From an uncultured Clostridia bacterium (GTDB taxonomy: Bacteria > Bacillota > Clostridia > Christensenellales > UBA1242): 64,000 bases of DNA. A program made the translations under genes and the position numbers. Of the stretch, positions 25,786 to 35,968 are shown in pieces. A model generated the notes under the pieces. It worked only from the letters and a program-made list of their open reading frames with translations. It did not search any database and had not been told where the DNA came from. Location of the stretch: positions 2,912 through 66,911 of the forward strand of contig CALWEJ010000002.1 of assembly GCA_944377165.1 (NCBI GenBank). Direction: 5' to 3'. How positions within the stretch are numbered: the first letter of the stretch is position 1; each line of letters opens with the position of its first letter.

Positions 25786-26790
25786 ATGAAGATACTACGT
25801 TTGAATGGAACACCATATGAAAATGGAAAGATATCTGGGAGATTCTTTAAAAAAGCTATAAAAAAAGATATTCCTTTTTATGAGAATTTATTAAATAAGC
25901 TTGAAATAAAACAACTAAGTAATTCTTTATTGTTAAAATTAAAAGATAAATATCCAAACTATTATGAAGAAATCAAAGGGAAAGCTGACGGTGCAGGAGT
26001 GAATTTTCAAGCATACTTTTTAATGATGTGTCCTGAACTTTTAAAAAAAATCGACCACTGTACCACAATCACGTGCAAAGACAAAAATGGAAAATTTATT
26101 CTTTCGCATAATGAAGATGATAATTACGATAAAGATAATTTTTGTCTTAGTAAAGTTTATACTCAAGATGGCTGGTTTGCGACGAATGATATATATAATA
26201 TGCCGTATGGGAATGCCTATTCGTGGAACAGTTTTGGAATAATTAAGACTATAAATTATTGTTATGATCCGTTTCCTAATCTCGATAACTTATCAAGATA
26301 TTTTACACAAAGACACATTAGCGAAGCAAGATCTATAGATGATTTAATAAATAGATGCAAAGAATTAAAACCCGCTTCTGGCTTTCACGTGAATGCCCTT
26401 GATATAAACAAAAATATTGCGGTTTCTATTGAAGTTTTTTGTGATAGTGTTGACGTAAAATTTATAGATGACCCATTCATACATTCTAATCATTTTTTGC
26501 GTGGAGATTTTGCTACAGAATCAGCATTTGAAGAAGGTAGCAATAGTATGTTTAGATTAATAAAATCAACCGAACTACTCAATAAGACAAAAGTTAAAAA
26601 TTTAAGAAATATTTACAACATACTTATGTATCGAAGTAAAGAAGACAGATTTGAGACATCAATTTTTCAAACTGAAAAAGACCCATATTTGACTGGGACA
26701 AATTTCTCTTGTTTGGTAAAGGACAAAGATTACATTTATATTACAGATTTTGTAAACAAAGAAAAATACAAAATTAAATACGATTTATAA
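25786..26790 (+). CDS. C45-family peptidase / acyl-CoA:6-APA acyltransferase-like protein
   Basis: GTPYENG at the N-terminus, a nucleophile-like CTTITCKD and SHNEDD, as in the C45 family. Confidence 0.55.
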   Translation: MKILRLNGTPYENGKISGRFFKKAIKKDIPFYENLLNKLEIKQLSNSLLLKLKDKYPNYYEEIKGKADGAGVNFQAYFLMMCPELLKKIDHCTTITCKDKNGKFILSHNEDDNYDKDNFCLSKVYTQDGWFATNDIYNMPYGNAYSWNSFGIIKTINYCYDPFPNLDNLSRYFTQRHISEARSIDDLINRCKELKPASGFHVNALDINKNIAVSIEVFCDSVDVKFIDDPFIHSNHFLRGDFATESAFEEGSNSMFRLIKSTELLNKTKVKNLRNIYNILMYRSKEDRFETSIFQTEKDPYLTGTNFSCLVKDKDYIYITDFVNKEKYKIKYDL

Positions 26791-26888
26791 ACATTTTAAA
26801 ATTAATATAATATAGCATAAAATTAGATTTTTTTGAATTATAAGATGGACAAAGATATAAAAAGTAAAATATTTACAATAAAGTTTGA

Positions 26889-27131
26889 TTTTCAATACAA
26901 AAACCAGAATGGTACAACTATATACAACTGCAAGATATAAAAGATGTTGGCTTATTAGTTTATTGGGAAAATGAAAAATTTTATCACCTGCCACTTGATG
27001 AACAACGTCTTGCTTTGTTGAAAGAGTTTAATGGTTATGGTTTTGATTTTAAAAAAAATGATTTAGGTGTAGATAAATTGCGAACTTTATATTATGGTAA
27101 GAAAATGTACAGCAAAAATCAAAATCAATGA
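26889..27131 (+). pseudogene. Startless gene remnant (81 open codons)
   Basis: Coherent peptide ...KPEWYNYIQLQDIKDVGLLVYWENEKFYHLPLDEQRLALLKEFNGYGFDF... with no ATG/GTG/TTG near its 5' end and a TGA immediately upstream. Confidence 0.3.
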
Positions 27132-27227
27132 TTGCTGGATAATTAAAAATTGTTAATACAGTGTAAAATTGTTGCTATTTTGGAATAAATAGGTTATTAT
27201 TAAAATAATATAAGGAAGGAGAGGAAT

Positions 27228-27464
27228 ATGAAAGGTTTTGTAAAATGGTTTGATGATTGTCCTACTTGGTTGAAAATCATCTTTGCGCTTCCTGTACTTG
27301 ATAGTTTCTTTTGGGGAATCTATCGTATAGTTAAAGGTTGCGTCACAGGTAAATTTGTACTAATCATTGCCGGTGTATTTTGGTTCGTGCTAGGTTGGGC
27401 CATACTTTGGATTATAGATATAATCAGTATAGCAATAAGCAAGAATGTTAAAGTTTTAGCATAA
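27228..27464 (+). CDS. Small membrane protein (two predicted TM helices)
   Basis: Strong RBS AAGGAAGGAGAGG, hydrophobic segments, and a terminator downstream. Confidence 0.65.
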   Translation: MKGFVKWFDDCPTWLKIIFALPVLDSFFWGIYRIVKGCVTGKFVLIIAGVFWFVLGWAILWIIDIISIAISKNVKVLA

Positions 27465-27492
27465 AAAATCTTTTGTAAATGCTAAAAAATAA

Positions 27493-27524
27493 AAGGATAG
27501 TGCGTATTACACTGTCCTTTTTTT
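27493..27524 (+). terminator. Rho-independent terminator
   Basis: AAGGATAGTG...CACTGTCCTT followed by T-rich sequence. Confidence 0.65.
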
Positions 27525-27693
27525 AGCTTATTGTGCTTTAATAATAAAATTTAGTAAATAAAATGTATAGCTCCTTAGAGAATGTATAATATCAGTAAGT
27601 AGAATGTAAAATATTAGTAAATAAATGTAAAATATTACTAAATTAAATTTGAAATATTAAATAAGTATAAAATCTTAACTTATAAATTCATTA

Positions 27694-28605
27694 TTAGATT
27701 TCGTCTTTTTCGTCTGTATCTGTATTTAATTCATATTGTTTTAATTCTTCTTCAGAAGGGAAAATGCTATATGTAGATTTATCATATCCGTAGAAATCAC
27801 AAATAGTATCGTTATAGACGTCTTGACATTCGTTCATCATTTTTTCTGCACGTTCGCGAATAGATAGATTTTCATCCGGGAAGATTGGCTTACAAATCTT
27901 TAAAGTTATAGATTTCTTTCTTCTAAAAAATTCAAGTTTGTTTTTATTTCTGAACAATATAACTAGCGGGATAACAGGGACATTATTTTCACACGCCATT
28001 TTGAATGCACCAATTTTTAAAGGGCGACTTTTCTCATATCTAAACCAAAGTGCAGATTCAGCATACATATGTACGAAACCGCCGTTATTTAAGATTTTAC
28101 TAATGGCGAGCTTAAGATTTTTACTCGCGGATATAGACGGAGATAGTGGCAACATACCGCCAGCTTTAAGTAAATAGCCCGCGATACCGCGCTTCATATT
28201 ATGCGGAGCGCCTACTATATAAAATTTCTTTCTTTTAAATGCAAGCATATTCATCAAAACGTCTAAGAAATGAACGTGATTGCTAACCGTCACCGCTGAT
28301 TTAATACCTTTCAAATTAGCTTTTCCTACCACTTTTAGGTTAAATGCTACCTTAGTCACTATCGGACCAAACAAATTAACAATAGCGCGAACTACAGTAC
28401 GCGTCACACGGAAAACTAAATTTTTCGGCACAAAAACATATTCGCCGTCTATCTTTTTTTGATTCGCTGTTTTGAACTTTGTAGTATGAGTGTCAAAGTC
28501 GCCATTTTGAGCTAGCCTAATCAAAATTTTTTTATAATCACGCGAATTAGGGTTCAATTTCATTGCATCAAGGTCATATTTGAAATTTGTATCAAGCTTT
28601 TTCAT
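27694..28605 (-). CDS. Lysophospholipid acyltransferase family protein
   Basis: HX4D motif SNHVHFLDV. The start overlaps the end of the upstream glycosyltransferase by 14 nt, indicating an operon. Confidence 0.7.
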   Translation of the reverse strand: MKKLDTNFKYDLDAMKLNPNSRDYKKILIRLAQNGDFDTHTTKFKTANQKKIDGEYVFVPKNLVFRVTRTVVRAIVNLFGPIVTKVAFNLKVVGKANLKGIKSAVTVSNHVHFLDVLMNMLAFKRKKFYIVGAPHNMKRGIAGYLLKAGGMLPLSPSISASKNLKLAISKILNNGGFVHMYAESALWFRYEKSRPLKIGAFKMACENNVPVIPLVILFRNKNKLEFFRRKKSITLKICKPIFPDENLSIRERAEKMMNECQDVYNDTICDFYGYDKSTYSIFPSEEELKQYELNTDTDEKDEI

Positions 28606-29761
28606 TAGTTTTATTAATCTCGTCTATTATGAATTTTGCTACGTCTTTTGCGCCGTTTTGCTTACGGTCAAATTTAGCGCAATTGTTTTTATACAGGTCA
28701 AGTTTTTCTGGGTTATCAATAAAATCTTCGACCGCTTTTCTAATTTTTTTAGGTTTATAGATTGCTACACCGCATTTAAATTTGTCAACGAACAACTTTG
28801 TCGTTGCCTTTTCTATAGGGTGAGCATAATAGTCAACTAAGATAGGAGTACGCATAAATACACTATCTAATATTGCGTTAGGGCCTGCCTTTGTAATAAA
28901 CAAATCACTAGCACAATACAACTCGTGCACAATAGGAGTGAATCCGCTAACAATAAGTTTAATGTTAGGCTTTGTCTTGTCTTCTAAATCTTTATAAGTA
29001 TTGTATAGAAATTCATTTTTCCCTGCTAAAAAAATAATAGTAAGATTTTTATCCGTCTTTAGAAGTTCATCAACAACAGAACGTGAGCGAGCGCTAGAAT
29101 ACGCACCGTCCGCCACAATTACACAAAATTGGTCTTTTGGAATACCATACTTTTCTCTATACGCGTCGCGGTCAAGACTAGCATTAAGAATTTCGTCGCG
29201 CGCAGTGAAATATACTTGTTTAACCTTATCCGGATTAAAGTGCCTACGCGTTATTGCTTCGGAATATGCTTGTTCGTTATTCACGATGAACAATCCGTCG
29301 CGGTTGTCCCACCACGCGTGAATATTATTGTCTGGGTTGTATGTTATGACAATGCAGTCCTTGTTGTATTTTTTCTTATATTCAATTGCTGACAATGTCA
29401 TATAATAGTGCGTGCTGACAATAACGTCTGGCTTATATTTGTCTATTGCTTTTAATGTTTCTTTTAATGCTTTTTTAAAAAGGGTATGGTGCAATACAAC
29501 CATAAATTTTTGTTTACCTAAAATATCAAGCAATGAAAACACAAAAGGACCATAACCTTTAATCTTGTTTGTTTGCTTAGTTTGATGAATGATGAAATCA
29601 TTAAATTTCATTAAAGTAGGATTTCTGTCCTCTTGCATAATATAGCTGTCTATAATTTCAAGGTTTGGGTTATTAAGAGATTTAAGTGCATCACTTATTG
29701 ACTTGATAGAAGTGATGTGACCATTGCCTGACTCCATATAGGTTAGCAAAATTTTTTTCAT
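28592..29761 (-). CDS. MGDG-synthase-family glycosyltransferase (diacylglycerol glycosyltransferase, UgtP-like)
   Basis: N-terminal ESGNGHITSIKSISDAL resembles the GGGH motif of the family. GT-B length. RBS AAGGAG. Confidence 0.6.
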   Translation of the reverse strand: MKKILLTYMESGNGHITSIKSISDALKSLNNPNLEIIDSYIMQEDRNPTLMKFNDFIIHQTKQTNKIKGYGPFVFSLLDILGKQKFMVVLHHTLFKKALKETLKAIDKYKPDVIVSTHYYMTLSAIEYKKKYNKDCIVITYNPDNNIHAWWDNRDGLFIVNNEQAYSEAITRRHFNPDKVKQVYFTARDEILNASLDRDAYREKYGIPKDQFCVIVADGAYSSARSRSVVDELLKTDKNLTIIFLAGKNEFLYNTYKDLEDKTKPNIKLIVSGFTPIVHELYCASDLFITKAGPNAILDSVFMRTPILVDYYAHPIEKATTKLFVDKFKCGVAIYKPKKIRKAVEDFIDNPEKLDLYKNNCAKFDRKQNGAKDVAKFIIDEINKTNEKA

Positions 29762-29782
29762 ATTTACTCCTTAGTACTTTTA

Positions 29783-31639
29783 TTAGTTAGAATTAGTTTT
29801 ATTCGTTTTTGCCTTTTTATTTATCTTTTTGTTAACATTGTCAATCGGCTTCCAATTTGCTTCGATAAGTCGCGACTTAGAAAAGTACGAGACGTTAGGG
29901 CAAATCTTTCTATGGATTATTATTCCGCGCCCAGCAGAAACAAAGCCAACGATATCGTCGCCATACATTGGACGACAACAGCCTGCGAATTTTATTAAAA
30001 TATTGTTAAGTCCTTTAACGGCAACCTGATTGTCAGTAGGCTCAATTAGTGAGATTGATGAATTAGCAACTAATGGTTCGCTCTCTAATTTAATCTTCTT
30101 TTGATAAGCTTGTGCGAGTTTGTTCGCTATTAGTTTAGCGCTAATTGCATTCGTTCCAATAGTTGCATACAACTCGTCCATTTCTGACATATTGTAATAG
30201 GATAAAATATCGTCAAACATATTGTCAGAGATTAATTTGCTAGTTGAATAGCCCTTTTCTTTTATCGCAGATTCTAGCATTGATTTGCCTAAGCGAATGT
30301 TGTCCTCTTTCATATTCTTTTTGAAAAATGCGTTAATTTTTGAACGTGCTTCGCTAGTCTTGCAAATTTTCAACCAGTCACGTGATGGACCTTTCGAATT
30401 AGGGTTGGTAATGATTTCCACAACGTCGCCGTTATTAAGTGTAGATGTAGTAGGGACCATTTTACCATTGACTTTTGCGCCGACGCATTTATTACCTATT
30501 TCGCTATGAATCATATATGCAAAATCAATTGGAGTAGAGCCGTTAGGCAAATATATAACTTTACCTTTTGGTGTTTGAACGAAAATTTCGCTATTATAAA
30601 TATCTTGATTAAGCGACTCTGCTAAGTCATCAATATTATTGTCCGCGTCTTCCATCATTTTTCTTAACCACGCAAGACGAATATCTAGCGAGTCACGTGT
30701 ACTACGTTTTTCTTTGTACACCCAGTGCGCAGCGATACCGTATTCTGCATACTGATTCATTTCTTCTGTACGAATCTGAATTTCTACTGGGAAGCCTTCA
30801 AATATAACAGTTGAATGAATACTTTGATAGCCGTTAGGCTTAGGTTTACTTATGTAATCTTTATATCGGTTAGGCATAGGAACAACTTCGCCGTGCAATT
30901 TACCGATTAGTGCGAAGCAGTCCGCTACAGTCCCGACAATGGCGCGCACAGCGATAAGGTCGTATATATGGTCTAATGAGTGAGACACCAACTTTTTATA
31001 AATACTATAAATATGTTTTTTCCTACCATATACGCGACCTTTTATGCCAAGTTCGTCCATACATTTTTTTACCAATTCAGTTAAGCGGTCAACGATAGGT
31101 TGACGTTTATGGAAGCGGTCGTCAACTTCTTTTTGTATTTCATCGTATTTTTTGGGGTCTAAAATTCTGAATGCACCATTTTCTAATTCAGTTTTATAAT
31201 TCGATAACCCTAATCGCGCGCATAGTGGAGCAAAAAGTGCGAAAATAGAGTTCGCTAAATATTTCTGACCATCAGCGCTTAAATGTGACGAAAATCTTAG
31301 TTCGACTACAATTAAAGCAATTTTTAGCATTATTGTTCGAATATCTTTAGTTATAGCGAAAAACATTTTACGAAGATTCTCCGCTTCCGATTCTTGCTGA
31401 CTATAATTTATGTTATAAATTTTTTCTAGTGTATAGACGGCATTGTATATTTCATTGTCGTAATTATTTTTGATAGAATCAAGTGTGTTTATATTTAAAC
31501 GAAGCGAAGCATATAGCACGCCTTCTAATTTAACTTCGTCCCTTAAACCCATTTCGGTTATTATTTGAATTAAAGTGTTTGCTTTTTCTTTATGAAAATC
31601 ATCGAAAGATGATATTATTTCTTCAATCTTGCTATTCAT
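29783..31639 (-). CDS. Long RelA/SpoT homolog, (p)ppGpp synthetase with a degenerate hydrolase domain
   Basis: Synthetase motifs DLIAVRAIV, GYQSIHSTV and VEIQIRTEEMNQYAEYGIAAHWVYKE, plus TGS (VQTPKGKVIYLPNGSTPIDFAY) and a C-terminal ACT-like region. I chose the start at the ATG at 31639, after GAGGA. Confidence 0.85.
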   Translation of the reverse strand: MNSKIEEIISSFDDFHKEKANTLIQIITEMGLRDEVKLEGVLYASLRLNINTLDSIKNNYDNEIYNAVYTLEKIYNINYSQQESEAENLRKMFFAITKDIRTIMLKIALIVVELRFSSHLSADGQKYLANSIFALFAPLCARLGLSNYKTELENGAFRILDPKKYDEIQKEVDDRFHKRQPIVDRLTELVKKCMDELGIKGRVYGRKKHIYSIYKKLVSHSLDHIYDLIAVRAIVGTVADCFALIGKLHGEVVPMPNRYKDYISKPKPNGYQSIHSTVIFEGFPVEIQIRTEEMNQYAEYGIAAHWVYKEKRSTRDSLDIRLAWLRKMMEDADNNIDDLAESLNQDIYNSEIFVQTPKGKVIYLPNGSTPIDFAYMIHSEIGNKCVGAKVNGKMVPTTSTLNNGDVVEIITNPNSKGPSRDWLKICKTSEARSKINAFFKKNMKEDNIRLGKSMLESAIKEKGYSTSKLISDNMFDDILSYYNMSEMDELYATIGTNAISAKLIANKLAQAYQKKIKLESEPLVANSSISLIEPTDNQVAVKGLNNILIKFAGCCRPMYGDDIVGFVSAGRGIIIHRKICPNVSYFSKSRLIEANWKPIDNVNKKINKKAKTNKTNSN

Positions 31640-31770
31640 TTTGTCCTCAGTGAGATTGTAGCACAAAAATTAGATATTGACAATTATTTAATCATTTTTT
31701 TAGTAAATTTATGTACTTTTAAAATTAAGCTTGTTCTATATTAAGAATTCATTTAATAAATTATATTGAT

Positions 31771-34407
31771 ATGTACAAATTGCGAATAAATGAAGTCTTT
31801 AAAAATCTTGAAACGTCAAAAGACGGATTGACGATTGAAGAAGCTAATAATAGACTAAAAAGATACGGCAAAAATGAACTTAAACGAACGAAAAAACAAT
31901 CAATCGTTGTACGTTTTTTCAAACAATTTTTAAATATAATGGTAGGCATTTTATTAGTGTCGTCTATTATTTCAATGAGTCTTGCAATTTACAATCACGA
32001 GTATTCTGACCTTTTCGAAGGATTCGTTATTTTGTTCATAGTGATATTAAATGCTATTATTGGTGTTGTGCAAGAAAATAAGGCGCAGGCGTGCTTAGAT
32101 GACTTGCAAAAGTATAGCAAAACGAGTGTAAAAGTAATACGTGCAAAAAGTATTATGAATATTGATTCTACCGAACTTGTTCCCGGAGATATAGTTGAGT
32201 TGGAAGCTGGAAACATTGTTATGGCGGACGTGCGACTAATAGAATCAAATAACCTTAGTTTAGACGAAAGTTCACTTACAGGTGAAAGTGTGCCGGTAGA
32301 GAAAAATGCTGATTTGATTTTACCTAACACGACTCCACTTGCTGAGCGAAAGAATATGGCATACTCAGGTAGTATGGTCACGCGTGGTAAAGGTTTAGGT
32401 GTGGTCGTTGGCACGGCAGAGCATACCGAACTCGGCAAAATCGCAAATATGCTATTTAAAAGTAAAAAAGAGATAACTCCACTGCAAAAGTCTATTGATA
32501 AAATCGGTAAAATTATAACGTGGTCAGTCATCGCAATTTGTATAGCGATTTTGACTATTGAGTTAATTGTAGGCGATAACATAGTTGACGCGATAATGAC
32601 GTCGGTCGCTTTAGCGGTGGCGGCAATCCCTGAGAGCCTCCCTGCTGTAATAACTATTATTATGGCGCTAGGCGTGCAACAACTTGCTAGAAGAAAATGT
32701 ATTGTAAAGCGCTTGCACGCAGTAGAAACATTGGGTAGTTGTGAAGTAATTTGTACGGACAAGACCGGTACACTAACTATGAATAAAATGCAAGTCGTAG
32801 ATACATACGTAGATAATGAGTACAATATTACATCGGGCGAAAGTTTTTTAGATATGGTCAAGTGTATGGCGCTATGCAACAACACTGAGATTATTAATAA
32901 TAAATATTCGGGCGAGCCGACCGAACTAGCACTATACGAATACGCAAAAAAATATGTTGATGTTAGTTCGCGTAAACTAATTCACGAGATACCTTTTAAC
33001 TCAACTAGAAAGATGATGACGGTTATTGTAAACGACGGCGGAGTTAAGAGTTTTACAAAAGGAGCACCTGAAATTTTAATAAAAAAATGTAAATTTATTA
33101 AAATTAATGGCAAAATCCAGCCTTTTAACGATATTTTACGTGAAAAAATAAAAAAAATTAACGATGAGATGACGGATAAAGCGCTAAGAGTAATGGCATT
33201 TTGCTATAAGAATTTCGACGAATTGAACTTAAATGACAGCCTTGAAGACGATATGATATTCCTTGGGCTAGCCGGTATGATGGACAATCCGCGCCCAGAG
33301 GTAAAGCAAAGTATTGAGAATTGTTTTAAGGCAGGGCTTAAGCCTATAATGATAACAGGCGATCACAAACGTACCGCATTCGCTATTGCTAAACAGTTGG
33401 GGATTGCGAGCACAATAAATCAAGTTATCACAGGCGAAGAACTAGACAAAATGAGCGATAAGGAATTAAAACAAAAATGTATGCAATATACTGTCTATGC
33501 GCGCGTGAGTCCGGAACATAAGGTGCGAATTGTGTCCGCAATTAAATCACTAAAGAAAATAGTCGCTATGACAGGTGACGGAGTAAACGATGCTCCTAGT
33601 TTGAAGATAGCCGATATTGGTGTCGGTATGGGTAAGAGCGGAACAGATGTAGTGAAGAATGTCGCAGATATGATTGTCACAGACGACAACTTTGCTTCTA
33701 TTGTCGTCGCGGTAGAAGAAGGTCGAAAAGTTTATAGCAATATACAAAAAGCTTTACAGTTCCTTATCTCTACGAATTGCGTCGAAGTATTTGGAATGCT
33801 AATCTCACTTTTGTTTTTCCCTAACTACACTTTCTTATTGCCTGCACAAATGTTATTTATAAATCTTGTCACTGATAGTCTTCCTGCATTCGCTTTAGGT
33901 ATGGAGAAAGTGGAGAGCGAAGTTATGACCTCGCCACCAAGAAATTCGCATAGCGGTTTGTTCGGCGGAAAAGTTGGAGTCGCGATAATTTATCAATCTA
34001 TCCTTCAAACATTAATATGTATGATTGTGTTTGTTGTAGGGATTTATTGTTATTCTCCGTCTGTAGCTAGCACTATGGTGTTCTTCACAATAATATTTAT
34101 GCAGACACTACATAGTATTAATTGCAAGACAAATAATTTGCTATTTAATAAAAATTTATTAGACAACAAAACTTTTAATATTTGCTTTGCTATAACAATG
34201 GCTATTAATTTAATCGTCGCGTGTGTACCATTTATGTATAGTCTGTTCGGACTAAAGTTCTTAAATCTTTCACAGTGGATTACAATTATAATTGCGTCTA
34301 TTAGTATTATTCCACTTTGTGAAGCAATGAAAATGATTGTTGAATCTAAGTCAACTAAAAAATATGTAAAAAAATCATTTAAAACTAATGGGAAAGTTAA
34401 AATTTAA
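31771..34407 (+). CDS. P-type cation-transporting ATPase (Ca2+-type, P2)
   Basis: CTDKTGTLT phosphorylation site, TGES, IPESLPAV in TM4, MITGDH and TGDGVNDAPSLK. Confidence 0.9.
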   Translation: MYKLRINEVFKNLETSKDGLTIEEANNRLKRYGKNELKRTKKQSIVVRFFKQFLNIMVGILLVSSIISMSLAIYNHEYSDLFEGFVILFIVILNAIIGVVQENKAQACLDDLQKYSKTSVKVIRAKSIMNIDSTELVPGDIVELEAGNIVMADVRLIESNNLSLDESSLTGESVPVEKNADLILPNTTPLAERKNMAYSGSMVTRGKGLGVVVGTAEHTELGKIANMLFKSKKEITPLQKSIDKIGKIITWSVIAICIAILTIELIVGDNIVDAIMTSVALAVAAIPESLPAVITIIMALGVQQLARRKCIVKRLHAVETLGSCEVICTDKTGTLTMNKMQVVDTYVDNEYNITSGESFLDMVKCMALCNNTEIINNKYSGEPTELALYEYAKKYVDVSSRKLIHEIPFNSTRKMMTVIVNDGGVKSFTKGAPEILIKKCKFIKINGKIQPFNDILREKIKKINDEMTDKALRVMAFCYKNFDELNLNDSLEDDMIFLGLAGMMDNPRPEVKQSIENCFKAGLKPIMITGDHKRTAFAIAKQLGIASTINQVITGEELDKMSDKELKQKCMQYTVYARVSPEHKVRIVSAIKSLKKIVAMTGDGVNDAPSLKIADIGVGMGKSGTDVVKNVADMIVTDDNFASIVVAVEEGRKVYSNIQKALQFLISTNCVEVFGMLISLLFFPNYTFLLPAQMLFINLVTDSLPAFALGMEKVESEVMTSPPRNSHSGLFGGKVGVAIIYQSILQTLICMIVFVVGIYCYSPSVASTMVFFTIIFMQTLHSINCKTNNLLFNKNLLDNKTFNICFAITMAINLIVACVPFMYSLFGLKFLNLSQWITIIIASISIIPLCEAMKMIVESKSTKKYVKKSFKTNGKVKI

Positions 34408-34578
34408 TAATTAAAGTGGCATTAAGTTTAATCAAAATTAGTTTATACGAAGGCTATATATATTGACTTATATTATGTACAAAATTGATATCTCATAGAT
34501 TTCATTATTATAGTAAAATCTAGTAAAATTAATCTTATTGTTCTTAATTAAATTGATATAAATAATTATAATTGGTGT

Positions 34579-34620
34579 AAAAATACGCAAAAGTAAGCTT
34601 AGACTTGCTTTTGCGTATTT
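34579..34620. terminator. Bidirectional hairpin terminator
   Basis: ATACGCAAAAG(34583-93)/CTTTTGCGTAT(34608-18), flanked by A-runs and T-runs. Confidence 0.65.
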
Positions 34621-35310
34621 TTATATTGTTAGTTCGTTTTTGCCGTGCACTTCGTCAGGAGAAAAATCGTTCAATTCGTATTCTTGAAATTGTTTTTCTA
34701 AAGTCCTAACTACTAAATTTTGCTTATTGTTATTTTGGATTCTATAATCTATCATATCATATAAAATCGTATCAAATTCGGGGTATTTCTTTTTGAAATC
34801 TTCTAAAACTTTTCGTCGTGCGGGACTCTTTATTGATTCGGGTATTAGTAAGTGGTAAGCATTGACTTTAAGGAACTTTAAATTATTTACGTCTATCGGT
34901 GTTTTAGTTTTTAATTGTTGTAAAATCAATTTGCTTGAATTATCGTCCTTTACTTGCATATACATAGTTTGAAAAAATGGGTAATCATCGACTTCAGGGT
35001 TGGAGCGTATATTTTCAAGTATGGGGAAGCATACTTTGCAGTCATACTTATCTAAAAAATGATTTTTTAATTTGCTTGTTAGGTCTAAAAAAGGTACAGA
35101 CATTTCTTCTTTTAAAGAATTCGGTACACGCTTAAAATCTATTATCTTTCCGCGAACAGAAAATAATTTTTTCTTTAATTTTAAATTCCCAATATAAATA
35201 TCTAAAGCAGATTTTAGATATTCTGCTTGGGCATAGAGAGAATGCAAAATGCCAACTGATTTTTTTAAGTCATCGATTGTGTATTGATTTTCTATATTTT
35301 CATTTTTCAT
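34621..35310 (-). CDS. Hypothetical protein
   Basis: ORF on the minus strand. The track start at 35376 is a TTG, so I chose the first ATG (35310, MKNENIENQ). No motif recognised. Confidence 0.5.
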   Translation of the reverse strand: MKNENIENQYTIDDLKKSVGILHSLYAQAEYLKSALDIYIGNLKLKKKLFSVRGKIIDFKRVPNSLKEEMSVPFLDLTSKLKNHFLDKYDCKVCFPILENIRSNPEVDDYPFFQTMYMQVKDDNSSKLILQQLKTKTPIDVNNLKFLKVNAYHLLIPESIKSPARRKVLEDFKKKYPEFDTILYDMIDYRIQNNNKQNLVVRTLEKQFQEYELNDFSPDEVHGKNELTI

Positions 35311-35394
35311 AATTGTATGTATGTTATACGATAAGATTTTGTGAAAATGGTATAAAAACGCATTAAACGCAAACAATTATTAAAGGAGGTATTT

Positions 35395-35844
35395 ATGAGC
35401 ATTAATAGCAAAAGAATGATGGCACTTGTTGTATATTACACATTAGTCGTTTTGACACTAGCAAGTTCTGCATTTTTCATCTATGCGTTAACGGTTAAAG
35501 ACGTTGCTATGTGGGCAAAAGTCATTTACTACATTTGGATTGCGTTAGTAATTGGTGTAGTAATTTTCGATGTTATTTGCACAACAAATAGAGATAGCAA
35601 ACTCATATCTGGAGTTATAGTATATATCCTTAGTTTGCTTGCGGTTATTATGGCCTGCATACTTTATTTCGTGAACACTGGTGTTGACGGCTTAGCAACA
35701 GATTTCTTTAACTTGTTCTTGTCAATTTCTATTGTGACATTGATGACAAGCGGTTATTTAATTGCTACTTGGTGTGTAGGCGAGAGATTGTCATACTTAG
35801 CATCAAGTCAAGACGAGATGAAGAAAGAAGTAAAGAATCGTTAA
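35395..35844 (+). CDS. Integral membrane protein (4 predicted TM helices)
   Basis: RBS AAAGGAGG. Hydrophobic throughout. Confidence 0.65.
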   Translation: MSINSKRMMALVVYYTLVVLTLASSAFFIYALTVKDVAMWAKVIYYIWIALVIGVVIFDVICTTNRDSKLISGVIVYILSLLAVIMACILYFVNTGVDGLATDFFNLFLSISIVTLMTSGYLIATWCVGERLSYLASSQDEMKKEVKNR

Positions 35845-35968
35845 CTTTATCTAAAAATCATCTTATTCACGAACGAATAAAAAATATACGTAATTAAGAT
35901 AATTACAAAAATCCAACAAAACATTGTTGGATTTTTTAAACTAAAGTTATAAAAATACGATTATCTTT

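Noticed and set aside
31995-32885. Long antisense ORFs inside well-supported genes. Examples: 296 aa opposite the P-type ATPase; 163 aa at 60051..60542 opposite mfd; 129 aa at 15111..15500 opposite int; 185 aa at 1996..2553 opposite hsdM.
   Set aside because: They lie fully within genes that have clear family motifs. They have no RBS, and their low-complexity S/I/L-rich composition is typical of shadow frames.
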